From Flavobacteriales bacterium (GTDB taxonomy: Bacteria > Bacteroidota > Bacteroidia > Flavobacteriales > JANQLC01): 64,000 bases of DNA. The notes beneath the pieces are model-generated. The model searched no databases and was not told the DNA's origin. It was given only the letters and a program-made list of their open reading frames with translations. The DNA lies in NCBI GenBank assembly GCA_028280815.1, contig JANQLC010000022.1, forward strand, positions 1,002-65,001. Reading direction: 5' to 3'. A program made the position numbers and the translations under genes. Shown piece after piece: positions 53,209 through 63,387 of the stretch. The number at the start of each line of letters is the position of its first letter. Position 1 is the stretch's first letter.

Positions 53209-55509
53209 ATGGCAGAGAAAAAAAAACCGGCAAAAAGCGATGCGCAGCGCTCCTGGCAAACCGCAATGGGGCTCTTATTCATCGGCGCTTCCATCTTTTT
53301 GCTGCTCGCCGTGACCTCTTATCTCTTCAATTGGCGGGCCGACCAAAGCGAGTTGGACAGCTGGCTGAACCGAGGGGTACGCGCCCGGAATATATTGGGC
53401 AGGCTGGGCGCTCGTGCTTCGCACCTCCTCGTCTATGAGAGCTTTGGAGTGGCTTCCTACTTCATCGTATGGTTTGTATTCGCAGCGGGGTTCCGCTTGG
53501 CTTTTCGCATCGCGTTGGTCCGCTTCAGCAAGCTGATCGGCAACACCCTATTCTTTTTGCTATGGCTTCCCACAGCCTTGAGCTTCGCCCTGTTTTCGCA
53601 CCCCACCCTGGGGGGCATGCTGGGCTACCAGATCAATGCCTACCTGGCCGGTTTTATCGGAAAGCTGGGAATCGCCCTGGCGGTAATCTTTTCAGGGCTG
53701 CTTTACCTGGTGCGGTATTACGGACTAACACCCGAAAAGCTGAGCGGTTACTTTAAGAAAAAAAAACTCGAAAAAATCCGATCGCCTCTGCGCGCAGAGG
53801 CACAAACAGCGGAAAGTGACGTTTTCATCGAAAGGACACCTGAATCCGGGGGAAACCCAGGTGGAAGCGATTCCAAACCAAGAGGTGATCCCATCCCGGG
53901 AGACAGCGCACAGGGGGTCGATATGGAGATATCGATACAACCCCGAGAGAAAGTGGTAGCAGAGTCGGCAGCGAAGCAGCGGTTGGTAGAAAAATATGGC
54001 GAATTCGATCCGCGTTTGTCGCTTCACCACTATCGTTTTCCCACCTTGGGTTTACTAAAGGAATACCCGAGCGGCGACATAACGGTGGATCAAAACGAAT
54101 TGGAGCGCAACAAAGACAAGATCGTGGAGACCCTCAGCCACTACAAGATTGGAATCTCCAAAATCAAAGCGACCATAGGACCTACGGTAACGCTTTACGA
54201 AATCGTCCCCGAAGCGGGCATACGGATCTCCAAAATTAAGAATCTCGAGGATGACATCGCATTGAGTTTGGCGGCACTCGGCATTCGCATCATAGCTCCC
54301 ATGCCCGGAAAGGGCACCATCGGCATCGAAGTACCCAACAGTCATCCGAGCATCGTATCCATGAAATCCGTACTGTCATCGGAAAAATTCCAACATACCC
54401 AAATGGAACTGCCCATCGCATTGGGAAAATCCATTTCAAATGAGACGGTGATAGTCGACCTAACGCGTATGCCTCACCTGTTGATGGCAGGCGCTACCGG
54501 GCAAGGGAAATCGGTGGGGATCAATGCGGTCCTAACCGCTTTGCTGTACAAAAAGCATCCGGCTGAGGTAAAATTTGTACTGGTCGACCCCAAAAAAGTA
54601 GAGCTGACGCTCTACAATAAGATCGAACGGCACTTCTTGGCTAAATTACCCGACTCCGAAGATGCCATCATCACGGATAACACCCGTGTGATCCATACGT
54701 TGCATTCGCTCTGCATCGAAATGGACGCGCGCTACGAATTGCTCAAAGACGCCATGGTGCGCAACATTAAAGAGTACAATGCCAAGTTTAAGGCGCGGCG
54801 GTTAAACCCTGAAAGCGGCCACCGCTTTTTGCCTTATATCGTCTTGGTGATCGACGAGTTTTCCGATCTGATCATGACAGCTGGAAGGGAATTGGAAACG
54901 CCGCTTGCCCGACTGGCGCAACTGGCTCGTGCCATTGGGATTCACTTGATAATCGCCACCCAACGCCCTTCGGTAAATGTGATTACCGGCTTGATCAAGG
55001 CGAACTTTCCAGCTCGCATTGCCTTTCGAGTCACTTCAAAGGTGGACTCGAGAACCATCTTGGATTCGGGCGGCGCCGAACAACTCATCGGACACGGCGA
55101 CATGCTCCTCGCTACCGGAAGTGATATCAGACGTTTGCAAGGTGCTTTTATAGGCACCCGCGAAGTGGGAGAAATCACCGATTTTATCGGCGCCCAGCGC
55201 GCTTATGCCACTGCGATGCACCTGCCTGCGTACAGGGGGGAAGCAGATGGATATCTGCCATCGGAATCGGATTTGGATGGCGACAGAGATGCGCTGTTTG
55301 ATTCGGCGGCTAAGATTATCGTTGAAAACCAACAGGGCTCAGCGTCCTTGTTGCAGCGAAAATTAAAGCTGGGTTACAACCGCGCTGGGCGCATCATCGA
55401 TCAACTCGAGGGCGCTGGCATCGTAGGCCCTTTTGAAGGCAGCAAAGCACGGCGAGTCTTAGTCCCCGACTTAAACACCTTGGAGACGGTTTTAAACGCA
55501 TTACAATAA
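53209..55509 (+). CDS. ftsK: DNA translocase FtsK
   Basis: N-terminal 4TM region, MPHLLMAGATGQGKS, ATQRPS, gamma domain LQRKLKLGYNRAGR. Confidence 0.96.
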   Translation: MAEKKKPAKSDAQRSWQTAMGLLFIGASIFLLLAVTSYLFNWRADQSELDSWLNRGVRARNILGRLGARASHLLVYESFGVASYFIVWFVFAAGFRLAFRIALVRFSKLIGNTLFFLLWLPTALSFALFSHPTLGGMLGYQINAYLAGFIGKLGIALAVIFSGLLYLVRYYGLTPEKLSGYFKKKKLEKIRSPLRAEAQTAESDVFIERTPESGGNPGGSDSKPRGDPIPGDSAQGVDMEISIQPREKVVAESAAKQRLVEKYGEFDPRLSLHHYRFPTLGLLKEYPSGDITVDQNELERNKDKIVETLSHYKIGISKIKATIGPTVTLYEIVPEAGIRISKIKNLEDDIALSLAALGIRIIAPMPGKGTIGIEVPNSHPSIVSMKSVLSSEKFQHTQMELPIALGKSISNETVIVDLTRMPHLLMAGATGQGKSVGINAVLTALLYKKHPAEVKFVLVDPKKVELTLYNKIERHFLAKLPDSEDAIITDNTRVIHTLHSLCIEMDARYELLKDAMVRNIKEYNAKFKARRLNPESGHRFLPYIVLVIDEFSDLIMTAGRELETPLARLAQLARAIGIHLIIATQRPSVNVITGLIKANFPARIAFRVTSKVDSRTILDSGGAEQLIGHGDMLLATGSDIRRLQGAFIGTREVGEITDFIGAQRAYATAMHLPAYRGEADGYLPSESDLDGDRDALFDSAAKIIVENQQGSASLLQRKLKLGYNRAGRIIDQLEGAGIVGPFEGSKARRVLVPDLNTLETVLNALQ

Positions 55510-55513
55510 AAAG

Positions 55514-56155
55514 ATGAAATGCATTCCCTTTGCTTTGATCCTATCCCTCGGCCCAGCCCACGCCGCTCGCGGACAAAAGAGAGCAGCCCAGGCGCGAGCC
55601 TTGCTGGACGCAGTCTACCAAAAGTATCAAAACCAAAAAGACGCCGATATAAGCTTTGATTACGATTTGTACAATGCGCGCACAAACCTCCACCGAAAAT
55701 CCAAAGGGCGGCTCTCAGTCAAAGGTGAGCGGTACCTCTTGCGCTTTATGGGGATAAAACAACTCTTTGACGGAAACCAACTCTACACCATACGCCCCGA
55801 TGACCGGGAGATCGACATCTCCAAAGGCGCCGGTGAAAACGCTTTCATACCCGATAAAATACTGAGCAGTTATCAAAAGGACTACAAATTGAGTTGGGAG
55901 ACCACCCAAAGGCTGAAGGGTAGAAGCGTTCAATTCGTACGTTTAAAACCTGAGCACAAGAGCGACACCCGATATATATTAATCGGAGTAGATGCAAAGA
56001 CCAAACGCTTATACCAAGTGATCAACGTGGATAAAAGCGGTGTGACGACCACCTTGACCCTCACCGCTTACAAGGTCGATCAAGGCCTTTCCGAAGCCCG
56101 ATTTACCTTTGACAAAAATGAATACCCTACCTATTTACGCAACTACTTAGAATAG
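55514..56155 (+). CDS. lolA: Outer-membrane lipoprotein carrier LolA family
   Basis: Signal peptide, FDG..LYT, C-terminal FTFD; position right after ftsK. Confidence 0.8.
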   Translation: MKCIPFALILSLGPAHAARGQKRAAQARALLDAVYQKYQNQKDADISFDYDLYNARTNLHRKSKGRLSVKGERYLLRFMGIKQLFDGNQLYTIRPDDREIDISKGAGENAFIPDKILSSYQKDYKLSWETTQRLKGRSVQFVRLKPEHKSDTRYILIGVDAKTKRLYQVINVDKSGVTTTLTLTAYKVDQGLSEARFTFDKNEYPTYLRNYLE

Positions 56156-56166
56156 AAGCAAAAATT

Positions 56167-57603
56167 TTGAAGAAGCTCGACCAGTATATACTGAAACAAT
56201 TTATAGGCCCTTTTTTAGCCACCTTCTTCGTCGTGGTATTTCTATTGGATATGCTATCCCTATTCACCTATATCAAAGACTTTGCCGGCAAGGGCTTAGA
56301 CAGCCTGAGCATGCTCGAGCTCTTGGGCTACGTATCCCTATCCATGGTGCCCATGGCTACGCCTTTGGCCATTCTCCTATCCGCCATCATGGCATTTGGC
56401 AACCTCGGTGAAAAATATGAGCTGACCGCTTTAAAAGCCTCTGGCATTTCCCTGATACGCGTCTTCAGGTCTCTCATAGCCATCGTCTCCCTACTGAGTT
56501 TGGGCATGCACCTCTATATGGAAAACGCCTACCCCAAGATCAATTTTCACCTGTTGAACATGAAGGCCAATATGGTCCGAAAAAATGCAGCCGTACAGTT
56601 TCGGCCCGGCGTCTTTGACAACTCCATCCCCGGTTACTACATACGGGTCGCAAAAAAATCTGGGCCTGATAACAACATCCTCCACGATGTCTTCATCCAA
56701 AGGACGGGCGGTTTTCAAGAGGACCAGGAAACCATCGTCGCCAAGCGCGGGAAAATACTCGGTTCTCCAAGCCCGGATTACCTGATCATGGAGTTGACAG
56801 ATGGGGAATTATACCGGGATGAAATCCAGGGCAAGACGATGGCGGAAAGGGAGAGACAACCGATGAGCGCTACCTCTTTTCACAAACTCACCCAATACAT
56901 CGACATCTCTTCCATCACCCGGGTTGACTTGGACAAAACCATTAGCAGTAGCCATCACAAAATGCTCAATTCCGAGAATCTGAGGACCTTCTCAGACAGC
57001 CTTTCCACTTTGAAGTCCAATAGGGTTGCACGCTATGCGAAAAATACGCTTCGCCATGCCGTACCGGTAAAAAACCCTTCCCAAATCGACTCCCCCACCC
57101 GAGACAGCCCCCAACCGGCGCATTCCTTTTCGAGTCTTTTGACTAACAATCCCACAGCTGACCAAGGCCTGATCGCCCAAGCCATAACCGATGTACAAGG
57201 CGATCTAAAGACGCAAAAACAGCAGCGCGAATGGCTGGAATGGCGCACCAAAGAAATCGGTCGTTTAAACATTGAGCTACAGCAAAAGTGGTCCTTTTCC
57301 TGTGCTTGTTTCATCCTCTTTTTCGTCGGTGCGCCCCTGGGCTCCATCATTCGAAAAGGCGGGTTTGGCCTACCTTTCCTATCTGCCGTCATCATATTTG
57401 TAACCTATTACATCCTGTACCTAACCGGTGAAAATATGACCACACGCGGGCGGTGGAATGCCTTTTGGGGCGCTTGGCTCAATTCCGTCGTACTCTTCCC
57501 GCTCGGTGTTTTCCTCACCTATAAGGCTGTGATCGACTCTTCGCTATTCGACTTGGACGCATACCGATTTGTGAAACGAAAAAAGCGCAAGCGCAGCACC
57601 TGA
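56167..57603 (+). CDS. LptF/LptG family LPS export permease
   Basis: KKLDQYI, GNLGEKYELTALKASG, GAPLGSIIRKGG. Confidence 0.92.
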   Translation: MKKLDQYILKQFIGPFLATFFVVVFLLDMLSLFTYIKDFAGKGLDSLSMLELLGYVSLSMVPMATPLAILLSAIMAFGNLGEKYELTALKASGISLIRVFRSLIAIVSLLSLGMHLYMENAYPKINFHLLNMKANMVRKNAAVQFRPGVFDNSIPGYYIRVAKKSGPDNNILHDVFIQRTGGFQEDQETIVAKRGKILGSPSPDYLIMELTDGELYRDEIQGKTMAERERQPMSATSFHKLTQYIDISSITRVDLDKTISSSHHKMLNSENLRTFSDSLSTLKSNRVARYAKNTLRHAVPVKNPSQIDSPTRDSPQPAHSFSSLLTNNPTADQGLIAQAITDVQGDLKTQKQQREWLEWRTKEIGRLNIELQQKWSFSCACFILFFVGAPLGSIIRKGGFGLPFLSAVIIFVTYYILYLTGENMTTRGRWNAFWGAWLNSVVLFPLGVFLTYKAVIDSSLFDLDAYRFVKRKKRKRST

Positions 57604-57605
57604 AC

Positions 57606-58718
57606 ATGTTACATTCTATTCCAGAAGCTGTTGAAGACATCAAACGAGGCAAACTCGTCATCGTCGTGGACGATAAAAATCGTGAAAACGAAGGTGATTT
57701 CGCAGCGGCTGCTGAGAAGGTAACCCCCGAGATGATCAACTTTATGGTCACCAAGGGGCGCGGTTTGATCTGTACACCCCTGCTTGAAAAGCGCTGTCAG
57801 GAGTTGGGGCTGGAGCGCATGGTAAAAGACAACTCCGATCCGATGGGAACCGCTTTTACCGTCTCGGTAGACAAATGCGGAGACGGGGTGACCACTGGGA
57901 TTTCAGCATCCGATCGCGCCAAGACCGTACGCGCCTTAAGCGATCCCAAAACGCGGCCCCACCACCTGAATCGCCCCGGACACGTCTTTCCCCTAATCGC
58001 CAAAGAAGGCGGTGTGCTCAGGCGAACCGGACACACCGAAGCAGCCGTCGACCTAGCGCGCTTAGCGGGATTGACGCCGGCGGGCATACTGGTGGAAATC
58101 ATGAATGAAGACGGTAGCATGGCCCGACTTCCCCAACTGGAAACCATCTCCAAAACCCTGGGTATCAAAATCATTTCCATCGAAGACCTCGTGGCCTATC
58201 GAATGCGATGCGATTCCCTTATCGGGCACAGGGAGTCGTTTCCCGTGCATACGCGTTTCGGCGACTTTCAATTTCACGCCTACGAACAAACCACCGATGG
58301 ACAATACCACTATGTGCTGACCCGAGGTATGTGGCATGCAGATGACGAAGTTCTGGTGCGCGTCCACTCCTTGCGGGAAAAAAATGACCTGATCGCCTTT
58401 TTAACATCTGACACCCGTGCGCAATTGGAATCCGTATTCAACCTGATTCAAAGGGATGGAAAAGGGGCGGTAATCTTCGTCAATCCCCAGGAAACACAGC
58501 GTAGCACGCGCGATCGAATCGCGGGTTTTCAAAGCGCACAAAACCGAGAGAACTACGACAACCCAGCGGTGAAGATGGACCAAAAGGACTACGGAATCGG
58601 CGCGCAAATCATCCGTGAATTGGGCATTCGGAAACTCAAGCTGATCACCCGAAAACCATCGAAGCGAATTGGAATCGAAGGCTACGGCATTCAAATCACC
58701 GCCCACGTCAATTGGTGA
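57606..58718 (+). CDS. ribB: 3,4-dihydroxy-2-butanone-4-phosphate synthase with degenerate GTP cyclohydrolase II domain
   Basis: DD.NRENEGD, TAFTVSVD, RTGHTEA; C-terminal domain lacks the Zn-binding cysteines. Confidence 0.93.
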   Translation: MLHSIPEAVEDIKRGKLVIVVDDKNRENEGDFAAAAEKVTPEMINFMVTKGRGLICTPLLEKRCQELGLERMVKDNSDPMGTAFTVSVDKCGDGVTTGISASDRAKTVRALSDPKTRPHHLNRPGHVFPLIAKEGGVLRRTGHTEAAVDLARLAGLTPAGILVEIMNEDGSMARLPQLETISKTLGIKIISIEDLVAYRMRCDSLIGHRESFPVHTRFGDFQFHAYEQTTDGQYHYVLTRGMWHADDEVLVRVHSLREKNDLIAFLTSDTRAQLESVFNLIQRDGKGAVIFVNPQETQRSTRDRIAGFQSAQNRENYDNPAVKMDQKDYGIGAQIIRELGIRKLKLITRKPSKRIGIEGYGIQITAHVNW

Positions 58719-58860
58719 GCCCACACCAGAGTCCAATGTTTAATGCAGCTGCAATGCGCTCAAAGATATAAACGCATCCCTGTTGACAAATTTTACGATT
58801 TGAAATACACCGCTAGGCTAATATTTTTATTTTTGCAATCGCAACCATCGGCCGCCTGTA

Positions 58861-59652
58861 ATGGGAAAGATCGTAGCGGTAGCCAACCAAAAAGGGGGGG
58901 TAGGAAAAACCACTACCTCGGTTAATTTAGCCGCAGCGCTCGGCGTGCTCGAGCGGAAGACCTTGCTGATCGATGCCGACCCACAAGCCAATGCCACCTC
59001 ATCGCTGGGGCTACGTGTCGGCGAAGTGGGATTGGGCACCTACGAATGTTTGGAGCATACGGCATCGGCTGTGGCTTGCATTCAAGCGGTCGACTCGCCC
59101 AACTTAGATATCATGCCCGCACAGCTGGATTTGGTCGCAGCGGAAATCGAGATCGTGGACAAGCCCAACCGGGAATCCATGCTCAAAGCAGCCTTGACGC
59201 CCATTCAAAATGCCTATGATTACCTGATCATCGATTGCGCTCCGAGCTTGGGGTTGATCACCCTCAATGCGCTTACCGTTGCCGATTCGGTAATCATTCC
59301 GATCCAATGCGAGTACTTTGCCCTCGAGGGACTGGGAAAACTGCTGAACACCATAAAGAGCGTACACCGGTTACACAACCCGAATTTGGATATCGAAGGC
59401 TTGTTGCTCACCATGTACGATCCGCGGCTGCGCCTCTCAAACCAGGTGGTGGAAGAGGTGAAAACCCACTTTGAAGCCATGGTTTTTCAAACGGTCATCT
59501 CCCGAAATGTACGCTTGGGTGAGGCACCTGGCTTCGGTGTTCCCATCATAAAATACGATTCCGAGAGCAAGGGCGCTATCCATTACCTGCACTTGGCACA
59601 CGAATTCTTACAGCGCAACCAAGCGGAAATCAATCTGGAATCAAATGGGTAA
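58861..59652 (+). CDS. parA: Chromosome partitioning ATPase ParA/Soj
   Basis: NQKGGVGKTT, DADPQANAT, QCEYFALEG. Confidence 0.95.
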   Translation: MGKIVAVANQKGGVGKTTTSVNLAAALGVLERKTLLIDADPQANATSSLGLRVGEVGLGTYECLEHTASAVACIQAVDSPNLDIMPAQLDLVAAEIEIVDKPNRESMLKAALTPIQNAYDYLIIDCAPSLGLITLNALTVADSVIIPIQCEYFALEGLGKLLNTIKSVHRLHNPNLDIEGLLLTMYDPRLRLSNQVVEEVKTHFEAMVFQTVISRNVRLGEAPGFGVPIIKYDSESKGAIHYLHLAHEFLQRNQAEINLESNG

Positions 59653-60511
59653 AAGAAGCGCATTGGGACGTGGACTGGCTGGACTCTTAAACGATCCAGA
59701 TGAGGGGCGAGATGCTTTGAAAGTCGCCTCGGGCCACATCTTTGAAATTCCACTGGATCAAATCGAAACCAATCCCTACCAACCGCGCACCCAGTTCAGG
59801 GAATCGGCGTTGAGAGAACTGGCACAGTCCATCGGGCAATTGGGCGTCGTTCAGCCCATCACCGTGCGCCAGCTCGGTACGAATACATTTCAATTGGTCT
59901 CAGGCGAGCGCCGTTTTCGCGCTGCGGGCTTGGCTGGCCTGAGGTGCATTACCGCTTATGTAAGGGTAGCAAACGACAGAGAAGTACTCGAGATGGCGCT
60001 GGTGGAAAACATTCAACGACGGGACTTAAACCCCATCGAAGTCGCCCTGTGCTATCGGCGGTTAGTCCAGGAGCTCGAACTCACCCAAGAAGCGATCAGC
60101 ACGCGTGTGGGCAAAAAGCGCTCCACGGTTAGCAACTACCTCCGACTGCTCCGCTTAGACCCCATCATACAGTCGGGAATCCGCGACGAGATGATCGGCA
60201 TGGGACACGGCAGGGCTTTGGTAAACGTAAAGGATACAGCCGTACAGCTGAATATATATGAACGTATCATCAGAGAAGACCTAAACGTACGCCAGACCGA
60301 GCACCTGGTCCGTCGGTGGAACGAACCCCAAAAAAGGCTAAAAAAGACCAGAGAACTGCCCTATTACTTAAAAGAAGCCCGAGAAGACATAAGCGATTTC
60401 TTAGGTTCGCCTGTCGCCATCGAATGTGATGAGCGGGGAAAGGGCCAGATCGTCATCAACTTTGAATCCGAGCATGATTTCCAAACCTTATATCAAAAGC
60501 TGTGTTCCTAG
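59645..60511 (+). CDS. parB: Chromosome partitioning protein ParB
   Basis: LGRGL, NPYQPR, GERRFRA, ENIQR.DLNPIE. Confidence 0.95.
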   Translation: MGKRSALGRGLAGLLNDPDEGRDALKVASGHIFEIPLDQIETNPYQPRTQFRESALRELAQSIGQLGVVQPITVRQLGTNTFQLVSGERRFRAAGLAGLRCITAYVRVANDREVLEMALVENIQRRDLNPIEVALCYRRLVQELELTQEAISTRVGKKRSTVSNYLRLLRLDPIIQSGIRDEMIGMGHGRALVNVKDTAVQLNIYERIIREDLNVRQTEHLVRRWNEPQKRLKKTRELPYYLKEAREDISDFLGSPVAIECDERGKGQIVINFESEHDFQTLYQKLCS

Positions 60512-60512
60512 T

Positions 60513-61052
60513 GTGAAAAAAATCGCATTCCACCTACTGTATCTCTTGGCAGTGATACACTTAGACCTCTGCGCACAGGTAAAAAGAGTGGACGCTGCCG
60601 CGGCGAGCAGACGCCGAATCCCTGCCAAAGCTGCCCTGTACTCGGCTGTATTGCCGGGCTTGGGACAGACCTACAACCGAAAATACTGGAAGATTCCCAT
60701 CGTTTACGCACTCATCGGCACCAGTGTCTATTTCATCAAAGATGGAAACGACAAATACCGGCGACTCCGAGACGCTTTCATCACCCGAATCAATGGCGGG
60801 GATGATGAATTCAAGGGCATTTTAACCCCTGAACAAATTGCGAGGGGGGCTGATCACTATGAGGAGGATAAGAATTTGGCTATCCTATTCACGGGGATTT
60901 TTTACGCGCTCAACATATTAGATGCGCTTGTGGGCGCCCACCTATCTGTGTTTGATGCGGACGAGAACTTGTTCCACCTGGCGCCGGTTCTATTCCATAC
61001 GCCCGATAAAGGCGTACGAGAAATGGGCATTGGTCTATGCCTTAGATTCTAA
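60513..61052 (+). CDS. DUF5683 family protein
   Basis: KAALYSAVLPGLGQTYNRKYWKIP, NILDA.V.AHL; follows parB. Confidence 0.85.
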   Translation: MKKIAFHLLYLLAVIHLDLCAQVKRVDAAAASRRRIPAKAALYSAVLPGLGQTYNRKYWKIPIVYALIGTSVYFIKDGNDKYRRLRDAFITRINGGDDEFKGILTPEQIARGADHYEEDKNLAILFTGIFYALNILDALVGAHLSVFDADENLFHLAPVLFHTPDKGVREMGIGLCLRF

Positions 61053-61239
61053 CCCGATAGCGGTCGTCAAAAGCGTTTTGAGAGGCCAAGTGGCAGGGCC
61101 CCAAGCCTTCTACCTGATCGCTCGTAGCATTTGGGCATAGTCATTACATTTGCTTCGTGAAGATAGGGCGACTGACAGATGCAACCCCCCCGTACAAGGG
61201 TAGCGGGACGGGCGAGAAAACCGATTAAATTCGATTATC

Positions 61240-62772
61240 ATGACCTATTTACAGTGGTTTTTCTTCTATCTGTTGTTAAACGCGATTCACTTTGTAGGCA
61301 GCTGGAAGCTCTATCAAAAAGCGGGGCGAAAAGCCTGGGAAGCCGCCATACCTATTTACAACCTATTCGTTTTGACACAGATTCTCGACCGGCCGCGCTG
61401 GTGGGTGATCTTGTTTTTTATCCCCGTGGTCAACAACGTGATGATCGTGGTCACTTGGATCGATTGGCTCTATGCCTTCAACCGGCGAAAATTCGTCGAT
61501 TGTCTCTCAGCTGTCATCACATTGGGCGGCTACTTGATCTATCTGAATTATTTTAAAGACGTCACCTATACAGGCCGCTCCGATGCCAACCGCGAAACCT
61601 GGGTCAGTATCATAGTCTTTGCCATTGTAGCGGTTACGATCATTCGCACCTATACCATCGAGGCATTTAGCATTCCGACCTCCTCGATGGAAAAGACTTT
61701 GATGGTCGGCGATTTTTTATTCGTCAACAAAATGATATACGGTGTGCGTTTTCCCATGACCCCCTTGAGTCTGCCAATCCTACACCGAAATGTGCCGCTC
61801 ATCCATTGCAAAGCATTTTTGAACGAGCCCGCCCTCCCCTATCTTCGACTACCCGCATTTCGCCACATTGAGAATGGTGATATAGTCGTGTTCAACTACC
61901 CCGGAAGTGGAAGACCCGGTGACTTTCCCGGAGCGCGGGACAACGTGGACAAAAAACAGTTCTGGGTAAAGCGCTGTGTAGGGGTAGCAGGGGATTCGTT
62001 GGCGGTGCGGGACGGAGTGGTCTTCATCGATGGAAAGCCCTTGCCATGGCCTGAAAACGCCCGCCCCCAAAGCAGTTATATCGCAACGACCACAAACGGG
62101 GTGATGAACCCCAAATTGCTCGCCGAGCGCTTTGACATCACCGATCGCCCCCACAGCGTCCGAGGCGACCGCCGTGCATTCGTGTTGCAACTCAATGCGG
62201 AGAGCTTAAAAGCGGTCAAGGGCTTTTCCAACGTGACCGCAGTGAGCGAACAACTGTACGAAAGGGGATTTGCAGAACCAAATATCTTTCCCTCCGACAA
62301 AGGCTGGAACCGAGATAATTATGGCCCGATTTACATCCCCAAAGCCGGTGACTTACTCACCCTTACCGAGGAAAACATAGCCCAATACAGGCGCTTGATC
62401 CGCGTTTACGAACACCACAAGCTAAGGGAGAGAGATGGGTCGTTTTTCATCGATGGCAAGCCGACCCGTACCTACCGCGTGCAACAGGATTACTACTTCA
62501 TGATGGGGGATAACCGGCACAATTCCGAAGATTCGCGCTATTGGGGATACGTGCCCATGGAATACGTCGTCGGCAAGCCCTTATTTATATGGTTCAGTTG
62601 GAACGCGCATGCGCGAGGTGTGGCCAAGATTCGCTGGAACCGCTTGATGACGCTGGTCGGTGACAAGGCTGGACACAGGTCTTACGCCCTTTGGGCGATC
62701 GCGGTCCTCATCGCAGCCTACCTGATCTATTCGACCTATAGGAGCCTTAGGAAAAGACAAACCCCTTCATAA
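61240..62772 (+). CDS. lepB: Signal peptidase I
   Basis: IPTSSMEKTL (Ser), VKRCVG (Lys), MGDNRHNSEDSR. Confidence 0.95.
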   Translation: MTYLQWFFFYLLLNAIHFVGSWKLYQKAGRKAWEAAIPIYNLFVLTQILDRPRWWVILFFIPVVNNVMIVVTWIDWLYAFNRRKFVDCLSAVITLGGYLIYLNYFKDVTYTGRSDANRETWVSIIVFAIVAVTIIRTYTIEAFSIPTSSMEKTLMVGDFLFVNKMIYGVRFPMTPLSLPILHRNVPLIHCKAFLNEPALPYLRLPAFRHIENGDIVVFNYPGSGRPGDFPGARDNVDKKQFWVKRCVGVAGDSLAVRDGVVFIDGKPLPWPENARPQSSYIATTTNGVMNPKLLAERFDITDRPHSVRGDRRAFVLQLNAESLKAVKGFSNVTAVSEQLYERGFAEPNIFPSDKGWNRDNYGPIYIPKAGDLLTLTEENIAQYRRLIRVYEHHKLRERDGSFFIDGKPTRTYRVQQDYYFMMGDNRHNSEDSRYWGYVPMEYVVGKPLFIWFSWNAHARGVAKIRWNRLMTLVGDKAGHRSYALWAIAVLIAAYLIYSTYRSLRKRQTPS

Positions 62773-63375
62773 GTGATGCCAAAAGCCCTGTTCGTCCCTT
62801 TTTACTTTCCGCCCATCGACTACTTTCGGGCCCTGGTCAAACACGCCGTCGTCTTGGAGTGGGCGGATCGGTATCAGAGGCAGAGTTATCGGAACCGCTG
62901 CCACATCTATGGGGCCAATGGATTGCTGCTGCTCAGCGTGCCGGTTTCACACCGGGGAATCCGAAAAGCCAAAGACCGCCAAATCGCTTACGACTCGAAT
63001 TGGCAGAAACAACACTGGAAATCATTGGAATCAGCCTACTCGCACGCGCCCTATTTCCAATTTTACGAAGCAGGGCTGCGCCCACTCTACGGAAAAAGAG
63101 AAAAGTTTTTGTACGACTTAAACCTCAAAACCCTGGAATTGACGACCGACTGGCTCGAACTAGACTGCTCGCCACGCCAGACTCAATACTATGAAAAAAT
63201 ACCGACAGGCGTACTGGATTTTCGCGACTCGTTCAACGCCAAGAACAGGCGTACAGCAAATTTTACGCCTTACAGGCAGGTTTTTGCGCACAAACACGGG
63301 TTTCTACCCAATTTGAGCATTTTGGATTTGCTGTTTTGCACAGGGCCCGAAAGCATTTCGTACCTATATGATTAA
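62773..63375 (+). CDS. WbqC family protein
   Basis: YFPP, QSYRNRC, W.KQHW.SL..AY..AP, Y.QVF...GF.PNLSILDLLF. Confidence 0.9.
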   Translation: MMPKALFVPFYFPPIDYFRALVKHAVVLEWADRYQRQSYRNRCHIYGANGLLLLSVPVSHRGIRKAKDRQIAYDSNWQKQHWKSLESAYSHAPYFQFYEAGLRPLYGKREKFLYDLNLKTLELTTDWLELDCSPRQTQYYEKIPTGVLDFRDSFNAKNRRTANFTPYRQVFAHKHGFLPNLSILDLLFCTGPESISYLYD

Positions 63376-63387
63376 AGACCCGGGAAT

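Noticed and set aside
4880-62300. Many 60-230 aa ORFs antisense to or overlapping core genes (e.g. 4880-5515, 20099-20800, 29345-29941)
   Set aside because: Shadow ORFs of real genes at moderate GC; no recognisable motifs
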